Source of the DNA: Ruditapes philippinarum
Lineage: Eukaryota
Direction: 5' to 3'
DNA length: 64,000 nucleotides
NCBI RefSeq assembly: GCF_026571515.1
Contig: NW_026852306.1
Coordinates: 124,001 to 188,000, forward strand
The position numbers and the translations under genes are program-made. The notes beneath the pieces were generated by a model. The model saw only the letters and a list, made by a program, of their open reading frames with translations. It was not told the DNA's origin and did no database searches. Within the stretch, counting starts at the first letter, position 1. Each line of letters opens with the position of its first letter. Shown piece by piece: positions 51,699-64,000 of this stretch.

Positions 51699-54289
51699 AG
51701 TCATATAATACAGGGATACAGGTGAGTTGTGCTTCAAAGTCTGTTTAAAATCTCTTATAAATAATAAACACTATGTAGTATGTTTAATTATATCGGCATA
51801 TCATAACATAAGCATACACTGTATAAGGGAAAGTTAAATGTCGGTCGCAAATTTGCAATGCGAGCAGGAGACTGAACGGCGCCATGGTAGTCTTGTTAGT
51901 TTTTCTTTTTAGAGTTTTATTCAGTTTGATGATTTTCTGAAAAATGCATACAGTCTTTTGCCACAGGAATATTTCTCGTTCATCCTATTTTTGTTATTCA
52001 CGTTCTCAAACAGATAAGTGTAATGAAAACATTTTTGTAACCTTCATGAGAAATGAATGTTTCTAATATGATATACCGTGCAACTTGATATACCTATTTT
52101 CAGAAATAACAAACTGATATATAAATAGCCAGGAGAGCTGCGTTAATTCGGCTTCAAATCATTTTTTGTGCAAATGTTTATTTTAAAGAAAATGTGAAGT
52201 TTCTAAATATATCAAACTATTTATGTATACAATAGGAAGATCTTAAATTGATATCCGCCAAATGAATTGCTTACTAAAGACTAAAATGCACAATAAACCA
52301 GACGCCTCATTTCATATGAAAAGAAATCTGTTCTTGAAATATATCGTCATTTTATCACTGCTTTGCTGACTGGCTGTATTGGTTTCTTTGTGACAAAATA
52401 GCTAATTTAAAAAGCTAAAAATATTTATTGGAGCTCGATTTTAAAAACTACTGCAACTTATATTGACAACTTTTTTGTCAGCTTCCTTATCCTTATGATA
52501 CCTATGTCATATAAAGGAGCATCGTCGGGAGGAGTGTAGGGCTCGAACATTCATTGGAATGGCATGTACCTTAACCATTAAAGGATTTATGGTTGAAAGT
52601 AGAGCGTTTAAAATGTGTCGGCATGAGTAATGATCATGCACGTGATTTGTCAACAGATAATACGAGAAAATTATGATGAACCCAAAACGTTCTTTCTCTT
52701 TTTTTCATTCAAATTAATTTGAAATAATTGCGAAAAAAGGAGATAAAAACATTTTAATTTGACAATTATCTAAAAAAAAACTCTCAAGTTTAATATCCAG
52801 TGGTTGACAACATTGTCCGATGAGACATTTTCCAGTTCTCGCCATCGATAAAATTACCAGAAAAATATTCGCAAGCTGTTCCCACATCAATTAATCGTAC
52901 CAGGAAGTTGGAAGCGATGTGAAGTTTTAAAGAGGTTACTCCGCGGATGGATATCATCTTTGTTGTTGTTGTTGTTGCTGTGAGTTTTCTCCCAATATTT
53001 CAATGGATAGTGCAATGGAATATACATGTAAATGTAAGTTAGTTTTCTTTTCAATGTTCAAGAATGTTTTGTATTGACTGTATACTGGTAAACATTTAAA
53101 ATGAATTCTTTGAGTTATAGTTTTTTCCAAGATTCAAAATTTACTTTTGATTGTCTTACTAGAACGCTTTGTCGGTATTTTGAGTACTTTTTGGACAGGT
53201 GTTGTTTCCTTTTGTATTTATTTATTTATTGTTTGAAAAATAAAACCAATTTTGGTTTTATTGAATTTCTTCATTATATGCGCTAATTGATATATCAACA
53301 GTTCGATTTTTTAATAAAAAGTTACACGTTTAACGATTACATCTAAAACTATACCTTAAACGTCTTTTAACACAGAAAGTCGGTCACATAACGCTGTTTT
53401 AATTGTTTTATCGTTTGTTTTGGCCTGCAGTGCAGCTGTGTTCAAAAATCGATTTCAGTAACTTCTGGTTAAGTTTAAAACGAATTTAATTACAAAAGGA
53501 GTGCTGGAAAAAATTGTTGTCCACAAATGTTTTCAGTGCTGGAATTAAATTTGAAATTCGATTATAACGTGTCGGGACAGCTTAAACGGGAATCAAGTGG
53601 ATAAAAAATGGACAATTTAAACAGGGATTAAGTGAATAAAACAAACATGTTTATCTGGATATAGAGGAGGAGGATTGATTTTGTCCGGTTTTCGGTAATG
53701 AAAATTAAATTTCATTATTATAATATTGTGCATAAAGCAACTTACTTAAGATAAAAATGCACGCTTGAAATGAGAATAATCTGTGTAATACTATGCATAT
53801 TGTACGATTTTTCATGGTATTTTAGGGTGTGTGGGCATTCATATATGTAGTGACATAATAAGCACATTGAAGGCTGAAGGCCTGGGAAAGTCATTACAAA
53901 ACATATTATTAACAAGACAAGTGATGCAGTAACAAATTTATCTTTTTTCATCATCTTGCTCCTATAAGAAAAAGTAAAAGGAAATATAGTGTTCTTTATT
54001 CCAAGGAGGAAAAATTGTGTTCATTGTCATTTGCTTTAATGACGTCATGTATGACATCATATGACGTGTCGAAGTTATCAACAGCAGCTTTCTTTACCAA
54101 ATAATTTTGTAACTGCTTACTAATAAACACTTACATATACATAATGGTAAAGTATGACTTTTAAATACATGTTTTACAGGTAGCAGATAAAAAGAAACCA
54201 CCTGTTTGTAAATTAAAACACTTTATCGATCTTTTTACCTTTTTCATTTAAATTGAAATTAAAATTACATTAAGTATGAATCCGTTAAA

Positions 54290-54635
54290 CCGTAAAATAA
54301 TTTCTTCCAGAAGATAAGGATTTTAAACTATCTTACGCGTCATTTCCCACAACAGCTTGCTCTTAAAATAAACTATCATCCTGGCGTATTTGTTTTATGG
54401 CAATATTTTATCTGGTTGACATAACAATTTTTAATGAAGTGGGTGACGCCACCATTCTCGTGATAATTTTAGAAATTGCGTCAAAAATAATTTCTGGTAA
54501 CGTGATGGGACTGGAAGTAATTTTTCGGGGTTGATGTTTCATTCGATGTAGGTCTAGACCAATAACTTTGGCGCAAACATGCATGTCATTCGCTCACTCA
54601 GTTTTTTCAAGAATAATTATTCTAATGTGAAAAAA
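54290..54635 (-). pseudogene. SPRY-like ORF remnant (duplicate at about 62790-63090)
   Basis: SSPIT..RNYF (across a frameshift) ... KY.....TPG-TGA, matching the SPRY order P(I/L)..YFE ... PGW with W read as stop. Confidence 0.4.
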
Positions 54636-54673
54636 ATGACCCAAAATAGAAAAGCATTGTTGAGATTTAAATG

Positions 54674-54753
54674 CCGCTCAGGCCGGTGCTTAGGGGCTTG
54701 CAATACGTTGTACTTTCCATTTTCTTCCATGAACACAATTTAACCGAGCTTGC
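54674..54753. ncRNA. Degenerate copy D of the structured element
   Basis: CCGCTCAGGCCGGTGCTTAGGGGC ... ccatgaaca ... aaccgagcttgc. Confidence 0.5.
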
Positions 54754-55522
54754 GGCTTTAATAACTTTTTTTATAAATCACCGATTTTTCGATTTTTAAC
54801 TATTTGTTTTTATTTCCATACCTTTCTATGGATATCATCTTTTCTGATTTTATTACGAACAGGAATAATTCCAGCTGTGTTAGATAATATAGATTTAGAT
54901 ACAACATTTATTTTGATAAATGATTCAATAAATTTTATGCTGAAAATTCATATTGAGAGAAAATCATCTGCCTCGTATCATACAACACATTGCTCTATTA
55001 AGCAATAAAGTGTTCTGTGAGGGTTTACAGAATAATATCAAATCGAATATCTGTTAATTCTATGTTTTGTAATTTTCTTTTCTTTTCATTCACGAGAAAG
55101 AAAAAAATTGTTACGGGACCATTATCTGACACACAATTGTATCATGTGATATTTATACTGATCGTGGAAGGATTGCACTCAAAATTACTAGAGTCTGCGT
55201 AACACATCTTGCTTTTTAGACGGGTGAGATTCAATCGCTCTTTCTAGAGTTTGCCGAGCACATGTGTCACACTTCTAAACTGTGATGAGTGCGCATTCCC
55301 ACGGTCGCATTTGTCAAAATCCATTCACTTCTTGTATAAGGTTCTGAGTAAATGCGAATCAGCAATCTTTGTACAATACATGGTATATATTTTTATCCTA
55401 TATGAAAGTTTTGTAAATTATATACAAAGTTTGACTGCTTTGGAATTACCGTTATTTTAACATAAGTTTGAATATAGAAATCAACTCCAGTTTCAATTTA
55501 AAAATGTAATTATTTTATTTGA

Positions 55523-55568
55523 AAAATATACAACGTTTCGACTCAAAAGTCTTCATCAGGTATACTTT
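55523..55568 (-). ncRNA. Minimal type I hammerhead ribozyme (Penelope-like type)
   Basis: Minus strand AAAGTATAC-CTGATGA-AGACTTTTGAGTC-GAAAC-GTT-GTATATTTT: intact core, 9-bp stem I, GAC/GTC stem II, palindromic AACGTT stem III, GUU triplet. Confidence 0.8.
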
Positions 55569-57329
55569 ATTATAACAGGAATTTTAAGTTTCTTTAACGA
55601 ATATAAGATAATAGCTGTGTGTGCTTCGTAGTTTTTGTTTTTTTATTAATCAGTTATAATGGAAGCATCTATTTACGTAAAGCATTTTTTTGACAAAACA
55701 GTAAGGTTTATGGCCAGTACAGACAGATAATATATGAGTTGAGATGTAATATAGATAGTATCTGCAATATCCAACATTTTGAGCTCTAGAAAAGTATTAC
55801 TAGCTCACATAACTTGAACTATAACAATACATTATATATCAAAACTTATTACAAGACTGATTCATCAAACATGTCTACCTAAATACTGCTGTGCAAGTGA
55901 ACTAATGAATTATTCTAACAAGGATATCTGCAGTGTGAAAAACCATTCATTTTTCTATTGATTGAGTTACTTAACGTTTTTTACGCTTTTCAAAAGACTG
56001 CTTGATTTACCTATGAATGCAAAGAAAGAGATCTTTGTAATCTTTACATCTTTTTTATTACAAATGCTGATCATTTGAAGGCGCATACCACAGTGTCATG
56101 TAGAAATATAGGCAAAATAAAAATTGTGTGATAAAATTCATCTTAACTTTGCACACCCTTAGCTTATAATAACAGAAATATTATAATAAAATAAATAAAG
56201 AGTCACTGAGATTGGATTTGAATGATATGTCCTTAATTTTGAAAGTTTTGTTGATTTCAAGGGCAGATAATTCACAATCAAAGTAAACAATGCCTTATTT
56301 TGTCCTGCTGAGCTGTGTAGCTGACTTCTTTTAGAGTATTTAGATAAACGTTATAAATTGATGAAAGAGATTAGTTTGTGTGTTGCTTTTTCTTCATTAG
56401 GTTTTTTGTGCAATGCATATTGGATACATAATCGTTACTGATCTATAATGATGAAGACAAGATGAAATAAACACAAAAGACAATTTCCCGAACAGCCTAT
56501 TAATTAATGTTTTAATTCGGCGTCAATACCCGTAGCATGTTTAAGTAAGCAACTTTTATTTGTCAATTCATGCTCCAGGTAGCAATGTAGTTTTACAGAA
56601 TTAAAATTGGGAGCATTTAAGTGATGATATTGCCCGAAAATATGTCTGTGATATAACATTCGATCAATATTTGGAGGCATCGTTTCATGATTTCAGTTTG
56701 TATCTTGTTTATTGAGATAATTTTCAATAACAATTAATGTCCAAACAATCACTCGTTCTATAAAGACACATATCCAACAATGTGTTGAACAATAGTACGT
56801 ACAAAACTGTTCATATATATGTAAATATCATTTGCTTTAAAATGGACTTTACAGATAATATCATTAGTACATTAATACTGTACAATTGTTTTGAATGTAA
56901 TAGAAATTATTTCTAGTACAAGTCATGAATCATTCAAATGTCAAATTATCAAAAACGTTTTAGGTAACAAACTTAAAAACAAACTCACAAATTAAAGATT
57001 AAAGCCATGGCGTTAAAATTATAGTTCAAAACTTTCAGACAAAACCAATTTGAATATTCATTAGGTATGTAGACAGCAAAGTAAAATTTAATGTTTTGAA
57101 ATTGCTTTTTTTTTTTTTTTTTTCTAAGTGGCAAATATGTCATGATAAACTTAAATGATAGGAAACCCTCAGATTTACAAGATAAAGATGTTATGACATT
57201 TGTTCTATGCCTACAGCAAAATTTTTGCACAAACAGAGTGAGTCAAATTGATGTCAATTATATTACCATAAAAGCAGTGATGACGCAATATTTTTGAGGA
57301 CTAAGTATACTAACTACATTTAAGATTAG

Positions 57330-57785
57330 AAGGGTCCAGTTATAAAGTTTGTGAAAATCTTGAATTTGTGGTCTATTCACCATATTTGATAAATCTTAGT
57401 GCAAACGTGGGTTGGTCCAATTATCAAGTTTTTGAAAATCTAGAAATTGTGGTTTGAAAAATAAAACTTAGTAGAATCATGGGATTCTCCTGTTTTAAAG
57501 TTTGTGAACATCTTGCAATTGTGGCTTTATAACCATATTTGACAAAAACTTAGTGCAACCGTGGGTTGGTCCAATAATAAAGATTCCGAAAAACTACAAA
57601 TTGTGGTTCAACCAGCATATTTGATAAAATTAAGTGCAATCGTGGGTTGGTTCAATCTTATTTCTTTGACAATCTAGAAATAGTGGTTTAATCACCATGT
57701 TTGATAAAACTTAGTGCAACCGTCGGCTATCCAATTATAAAGTTTTTGAAAATCAAGAATTGTGGTTGAACAAACATATTTGATA
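57330..57785. repeat. ~80-bp tandem repeat, about 5-6 copies
   Basis: Same unit as 48520-48775 with more copies. Confidence 0.85.
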
Positions 57786-58391
57786 AGCACTTTCACTAGT
57801 ATAAAGAACTGTTATTGAAACTGATGTATAAATGTTTCATAAGAAGATCTAAATTGTTTGCCCGTTCCATATTGTAGATGTTCCTTTATTTAGTTGTTAA
57901 AGTTTTAAATTGTTCAACTTTACTAAAACAATTGATAAATGGAATGTAATGCCATATACATAGATAATTAAGGTATTATTAAAACATGTTTTAGATTCAA
58001 AAAATGGGCGGGTAATATTTTTATCAGCACTTTTAAAAGAACTATCGTATCCAATCGACATTTACTAAGTTGAAGATTTGGCAGCACAGGAAGCTAGAAA
58101 TAAGAATTTGATATATTGTATATGACTCGAAAAGCCATATAAGATAACAATTTTTATTATGATTTTCAGAGTCTATGTCGTTATGACACTTATGTTTCAA
58201 GTAATAGATATTTGATTTTTGTTATCGTATATATTAAATAGGCAGTATGTCCATCAAAAGAGAGCTTTTTCAATGGATTTCAAATTTTGACTCCAGCACA
58301 TAAGTGTTAAAAAGAGAAGACAAAATTTAAAGAATTGACAAAGCGTTTGTGTGCAATAAATGGTCGCGACCAAAATACAGCAATGTTTCTC

Positions 58392-58635
58392 AATGGTTTA
58401 AGTTGCTGACTTCAAATTCCTAGTGGGTTCGAATCCCGTAAGAGTCTTTTGATGTTTTTTTATGTGAATAAGCTGTCTAGCTAGCATACGAAGGTTAACT
58501 CAACTCGGGTATCCGTTCGTGTTTGAAACTATGCACGATGTAGTAGTATGGGGGGGGGGGGGTTCCACCTCCAGTAAAGATGGATAGTCGCCATATGATA
58601 CAGAAAAGGTGCGACTTAAAACCCAATACATAAAA
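58392..58635 (+). mobile_element. tRNA-derived SINE (duplicate of 49738-49955)
   Basis: GGGTTCGAATCCC B box and the same 3' end. Confidence 0.75.
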
Positions 58636-59354
58636 GTTCATTTGAAAACAAACTTTACACTAATCTTTTAAGTTATTTTCTATTGATCTAGTGAGTTTCA
58701 TATAAAAAGACCCTGACTGAACTAACTTGAGTTTATCAAATCTAATAGAAACTTTGGTCGTAAGTTGCACATATTTGAAATATTTGTAAAGTTGGATATC
58801 TCCTTTTCTTATTCAATATCCATTAATTATGTTTGATATTTATTGAGAGAGAAAATTATTAACTAGATCTTTAAACTAGACAATAATTACACGTATAAAG
58901 GAAATTATGGAAGTAATGAATTAATTTCATCAAAGCTTTGAGAAAAGAAAGCATTGTAATCACGCAAAGTAATGCAGCGGACATCTTCTAACGTGCTAAT
59001 GAATTGAATGATGAAGTTTATATTTAACAGTACAAAGTAAAACGACACATAATCTATACATACTTAGTACAAATCAATGATAACATTAATTTACAAGCAC
59101 CGCGCCAAAGTTTCCCTTTCTATTCAAAGTATACAGTAATATCAATAGTAATGCAAAAGTAGTATTTGTCATTTAAACTCATTTTGTTAAGTTATAAATT
59201 ATATGCGAAATTTGGAGAAAATGCAAAAACAATTTGATATATTTCATGTTATTTTTATAACCATTGCAAAAACATGATGTAAGATATGCAACTTATATAT
59301 AAAACATAATTATATATCGCAAATTACAAGTTCAAAGTTAGGTGTTTCTTATAC

Positions 59355-59724
59355 TTACAGCGTATTTTATCTTTTGATTTTTGGTCGCTGATATTTTCGT
59401 TTCTGGCTTCATGGCTGTTGATATTTTCACTGCCGCTTCTTGACCGCTGCTGTTTTCGCTGTAGGCTTTCTCGACTTTGGTGCTTTTGCTGAAAGTTTTT
59501 AGGCCGCTGCTGTTTTCGCTGCCAGCTTCTAGGCTGCTGGCGTTATTGCTGTAGGCTTCTTGGCCGCTGGTGTTTGGCTTACTGGTTCTTGCAATTGGCC
59601 ACTGGTGTTTTCGTCATCGTTTCACTTCTAGGCGGTTTCTCACCTTAGGCTGCAGTTTCACGTTTAGCTTCGACAACACAACTTCCGGCACGTTAACGAC
59701 ACAGCTCTTGCTTCTTAGCTGCAT
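59355..59724 (-). pseudogene. Second, shorter H1-tail-like gene copy
   Basis: MQLRSKSCVVNV... with an in-frame TGA at codon 37 and fewer 30-bp repeats. Confidence 0.6.
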
Positions 59725-61019
59725 TACGCCTAATTATCAAATTGATTGAGGCGATTCATTTAATTAACACAAGACACGACGCAGAGTGCATAAAGTGCTT
59801 TTTACTGCTTTTCAATGGTCGTTTAATGAAACAGACGTGCGTTAAGCAAACAAGTTGGATATAATAATGATTGTCTAGTACGTATGTCGCAATTTGTTGC
59901 ACTAATTTGAACGTTTCTCATGCATCATTATAGAAATTGCCTAACACCTATGTTTTTGGTACATAGTGTTTCTGACTTTTCATGATTTTAACTAGAGGGC
60001 CATTATAATATTTTATACGATTAATGCTTAAAAATATTCCTATTATTTTATGATATCATTTTTTAATCATATAATACAGGGATACAGGTGACTTGTGCTT
60101 CAAAGGTTGTTTGAATTCTCTTATAAATAAAAAACACTATGTAGTATGTTTAATTATATCAGCATATCATAACATTTGTTTATGACGTATGTTTAATTAT
60201 ATCGGCATATCATTACATTAGGAAAGTTAAATGTCGGTCGTAAATTTGAAATGCGAGCAGGAGACTTAACTTTGCCATGATTGTCTTGTAAGTTTCTCTT
60301 TTTAGAGTTTTATTCAATTTGATGATTTTCTGAATAATGCATACAGTCTTTTGCCACTGGAATATTTCTCGTTCATCCTATTTTTGTCATTCAAGTTCTC
60401 AAACAGATAGGTGTTACCAAATGATTTTTTTGTAACATTTATGAGAAACAAATGTTTCTTAATGATATGCCGTGCTACTTGTTATACCTATTTTCAGAAA
60501 TAACAAACTGGTATATACATAGCCAGGACAGCTGCGTTTATCCGGCGTCAAATCATTTTTTTTTCTACAAATGATTATTTTAAAGGAAAATATGAAGTTT
60601 CTAAATATATCAAACTATTTATGCATACAATAAGAAGACGCATAGAAATATCTTAAACTGGTATCCGTAAAAATTGCTTATTCAAGATTAAATTGCTAAA
60701 TAAATCAGACACCTCATTTCATATTTTGAAAAAAAAACTTGTTCATGAAATATATCGCAATTTTATCATTGCTTTGCTGACTGGCTATGTATGTTTTTGG
60801 TGACAGTATAGCTAATTTAAAAGCTAAAATATCTATTGAAGCTCGATTTTAAAAACAACCTTCCTGCAACCTATATTGATTAATACGAGAAAATTAAGAA
60901 AAACCTAAAACGTCTCTCTCTTTTTTTTTCATTCAAATTAATTTATAATAATTGGGAGAGAAAAAAAGGAGATAAAAACATCCTAACTTGACAATTATCT
61001 AAAAAAAAATCTCTCAAGT

Positions 61020-61200
61020 TCAATATCCGGTAGTTGACAACATTGTCCAATGAGACATTTTCCAGTTCTCGCCATCGATAAAATTACCAGAAAAAAATGC
61101 GCAAGTTGTTCCCACATCAATTAATAATACCAGGAAGTTGGAATCAATGTGACGTTTTGAAGATATTACTCCGCAAATGGATATATCGCCCGTGACATTT
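61020..61200 (-). pseudogene. SPRY-like ORF remnant (duplicate at about 52790-52960)
   Basis: Open frame NVTGDISICGVISSKRHIDSNFLVLLIDVGTTCAFFSGN. TGDxxxCG resembles the SPRY hallmark TGDVIGCG. Confidence 0.45.
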
Positions 61201-62267
61201 GTGTTATATTTGAGCGTTTGTTGTTTACGATCATTAAATTGTTGTTGTTGTAGTTTTTGTGTTGGTTTTTTCCTAATATTTTGAGGGAAAGTTCGATAGA
61301 ATATACATGCAAATGTAAGTTGGTTTTCTTTTCATGGTTCAAGAATGTTTTGTATTGACTGTACACTGGTAAACATTTAAAGTTGTGTTTGAAGAAATTG
61401 CCATGCAATGAAATTCGTAAAAAGTGGTTTTATTGTCGGACAAATTGTAACGATTTCGGTCCTGAAAATGTTACAGTATTATTAAATGAAATTCTTTGAT
61501 TTATAGCTTTTTTCAATATTTGATTGTCTTACTAGAACGCTTTGTCGGTATTTTGAGTACATTTTGGACAGGTGTTGTTACATTTGTATTTATTTATTTA
61601 TTTATTTATTTATTAGGATTATTTTATTTACTTAAAATATAAAACTATACAATAAACGTCTATAAACACAGAAAGTCGGTCACATAATGTTGTTTTAATT
61701 GTTTCATCGTTTGTTTTGTCATGCAGTGCAGCTGTGTTCAAAAATCGATTCAAGTTACTTTTGGTTAAGTTTTAAACGAATTCAATTACAAAAGGTGTGT
61801 TGGAAGAAATCGTTAACCACAAATGTTTTCAGTGCTGGAATTAAATTTGAAATTAGATTATAAGGTGAAGAGACAGTTTAAACAGAGATTAAGTGAATTA
61901 AACAAACATGTTGATCTGGAAATAGAGGAGGAGGATTGATTTTGTCCGGTTTTCGGTAAGGAAAATTAAATTTCATTATTATAATATTGTGCATAAAACA
62001 ACTTACTTAAGATAAAAAAGCACGCTTGAAATGAGAATAGTCTGTGTATGCATTTTTGTACGATATTTCATGGTATTTAAGGGTGTGTGGGCATCCATAT
62101 ATGTAGTGACATAATAAGCACACTGAAGGCTGAAGGCCCCGGGAAAGTCATTACAAAACATATTATTGACAAGTGATGCAGTAACAAATATGTTTTATTC
62201 ATCATGCTTCTAAATATAAAAGGAAAGGATATTCCAAAGAGGAAACAAAATATGCTCATGATCATTT

Positions 62268-62502
62268 GAGCCGTGTCATGACAAAACCAACATAATGGGT
62301 TTGCGACCAGCATGGATCCAGACCAGCCTGCGCATCCGCGCAGTCTGATCAGGATCCATGCTGTTCGCTTACCAACTCTTTTACAAGTAGAGAAACAGAT
62401 AGCGAACAGCATGGATCCTGATCAGACTGCGCGGATGCGCAGGCTGGTCTGGATCCATGCTGGTCGCAAACCCATTATGTTGGTTTTGTCGTGACGCGGC
62501 TC
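62268..62502. mobile_element. Palindromic MITE, 235 bp, Sola-like ends
   Basis: About 100-bp near-perfect inverted arms, GAG...CTC termini and ATTT on both flanks. Empty site gtcatttgct at about 54026-54035. Confidence 0.9.
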
Positions 62503-63299
62503 ATTTGCTTTTAATCACGCAATTATGACATCATACGGCGTGTCGACATTTTACGTATGGAGAAAAAGAATGGTAGTTTATGTTTAATTAGTTTAAAGTA
62601 TGATAAGTATGATAATGGTAAAGAATAAACTTTAAGTCAATGTTTTATAGGTAACAAACTATTCGTTTAAACAACCTGTTTGTACATTTCAACAGAATAT
62701 CGATCTTTTTACATGTATTTAGATTGAAATAAAAATAGCGTTAATTTCAATCCTTGAAACCGTAAAGCCGTAAAATAATTTCTTATTGTCAACCATCTCA
62801 TGTGTCATTTTCCACAACAGCTTGCTCTTAAAATAAACTATCATCCTGTTGATTTGTTTTATGGCAATATTTTATCTGGTTGACGTGACAATTCTTAATG
62901 AAGTGGATGACGCCATCATTCTCGTGATAATTTGGGAAAATGCGTTAGAAATAATTTCTGGTAAAACTGATGGAACTGGAAATAATTTTCGAGATTAATG
63001 TTTTATTTGATGGAGGTCTAGACCAATAACTTGTCCGCAAACTTTCAGGTCATTTGCTCACTCCGTTTTTCAAGAATAATTATTCTAATATGAAAAAAGA
63101 CCCAAAATGGAAAAGCATTGCAACTTTCTCTGGTTACAAATAGCACAAAAGTACGATTTTCAAATTATTTTCCGAGTTGTATTTCTTTGTTATCTTTTTC
63201 ATATTTTCCTGTTTATAGTGTACCAGTTTGCTATGTTAACATTTCTAATTCATTGTTTTAAGTATTTTCAACCCTCTGTATAGTTATGTTATATATTAC

Positions 63300-63718
63300 A
63301 AAATAAAACCATTTATTATGTACCTACTCGTATAAATGAAATATTGGGGAATATTGATGAAATAAAATGCATATTTTCATTTTCCGTATTTTCACTGTAA
63401 AACAATATTTTTCACTGCAGTGAAACATTTTTCCGTATTTTCACTGATGTCTTGCCGGACTACTTTATTCTAAATTCAGCCAATACACAGAAGTTAAGGG
63501 AAAGTATTGTCTTAATTAAATTGTAATGTCAAAAAAGAGAAAATTGTATATAATAAACGGAAAATTTATTTTTTCTTTTAAAACAGGATTTGTTTTTATT
63601 TTGTGGTATTAAAATTATCATATTTCACTTGTGGCAACGCAACTCATGATTTTTTTCTTCATACCACTCGATATGAAACTAAAACCTGTATTTTATAGAA
63701 AAAAATGAATATCCTCTT
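63300..63718. mobile_element. Degenerate non-autonomous element, possibly Crypton-type
   Basis: Repeated ttttccgtattttcactg, tttcactgcagtgaaa palindrome and a cacttgtggcaacgcaactcatga segment. Family is recalled from similar mollusc repeats, not demonstrated. Confidence 0.3.
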
Positions 63719-64000
63719 TTTTTGTAAATCAGAATATTCCTGAAAATGCACGTGAATGACATAAACATCAAGAGTTGGACCGACGTATGTACCATAACTT
63801 TAAACCTTTCCTTTTGAAGTTAAGTTTTAAAAATGAAGATAATAATCATAAGCTAACTGAATCATGCAAAAGAAACTGTAGCCATAAAAGGTTTGTTACA
63901 AATTAAACAAATTAAACACCTGAACACATATGTGAAGGGCTCGTTTCAACAAACAATAAAAATTTAATCATAGTTACAAAAACAGAGAATGCCTGCAAAC

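Larger units (their letters stand above)
44785..54670. repeat. ~9.9-kb tandem duplication, unit 1
   Basis: Colinear with 54671-63120. Both units start aaatgccgctca and end gaaaagcattg. Confidence 0.92.
54671..63120. repeat. ~8.5-kb tandem duplication, unit 2
   Basis: Colinear with 44785-54670. Confidence 0.92.

Noticed and set aside
62077-62494. ORFs 62077-62412 and 62312-62494
   Set aside because: Created by the palindromic MITE, which is absent from the paralogous unit.

Overview
AT-rich eukaryotic DNA with no intact, recognisable protein-coding gene. The repeat types (HINE/pearl-like Helentron derivatives, tRNA/Meta-domain SINEs, a palindromic MITE) suggest a bivalve mollusc; this is inference. 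The window is built from nested duplications: about 60-7830 recurs as 15300-16606 plus 24749-30597, and about 44785-54670 recurs as 54671-63120. Between transposon insertions lie many diverged, stop- and frameshift-riddled minus-strand ORF remnants. Scattered motifs in them resemble RanBP9/SPRYD3-type SPRY domains (IATNPL, RNYF, PG[W], HAD, GDxxxCG, KNGH..GIAF, LYPC). The most unusual signal is a ~90-nt element (~270 nt in its two fullest copies) present in at least 7 copies, usually just 3' of those remnants, whose stems show compensatory base changes between copies. Also present: two decayed histone-H1-tail-like genes with an N-terminal M(K/Q)LRS motif, a minimal type I hammerhead ribozyme in a copy-specific insertion, and several transposons whose empty sites are visible in the paralogous copy. 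Parts of 17.5-25 kb look like homopolymer-inflated, low-quality consensus. All alignments and translations were done by eye.
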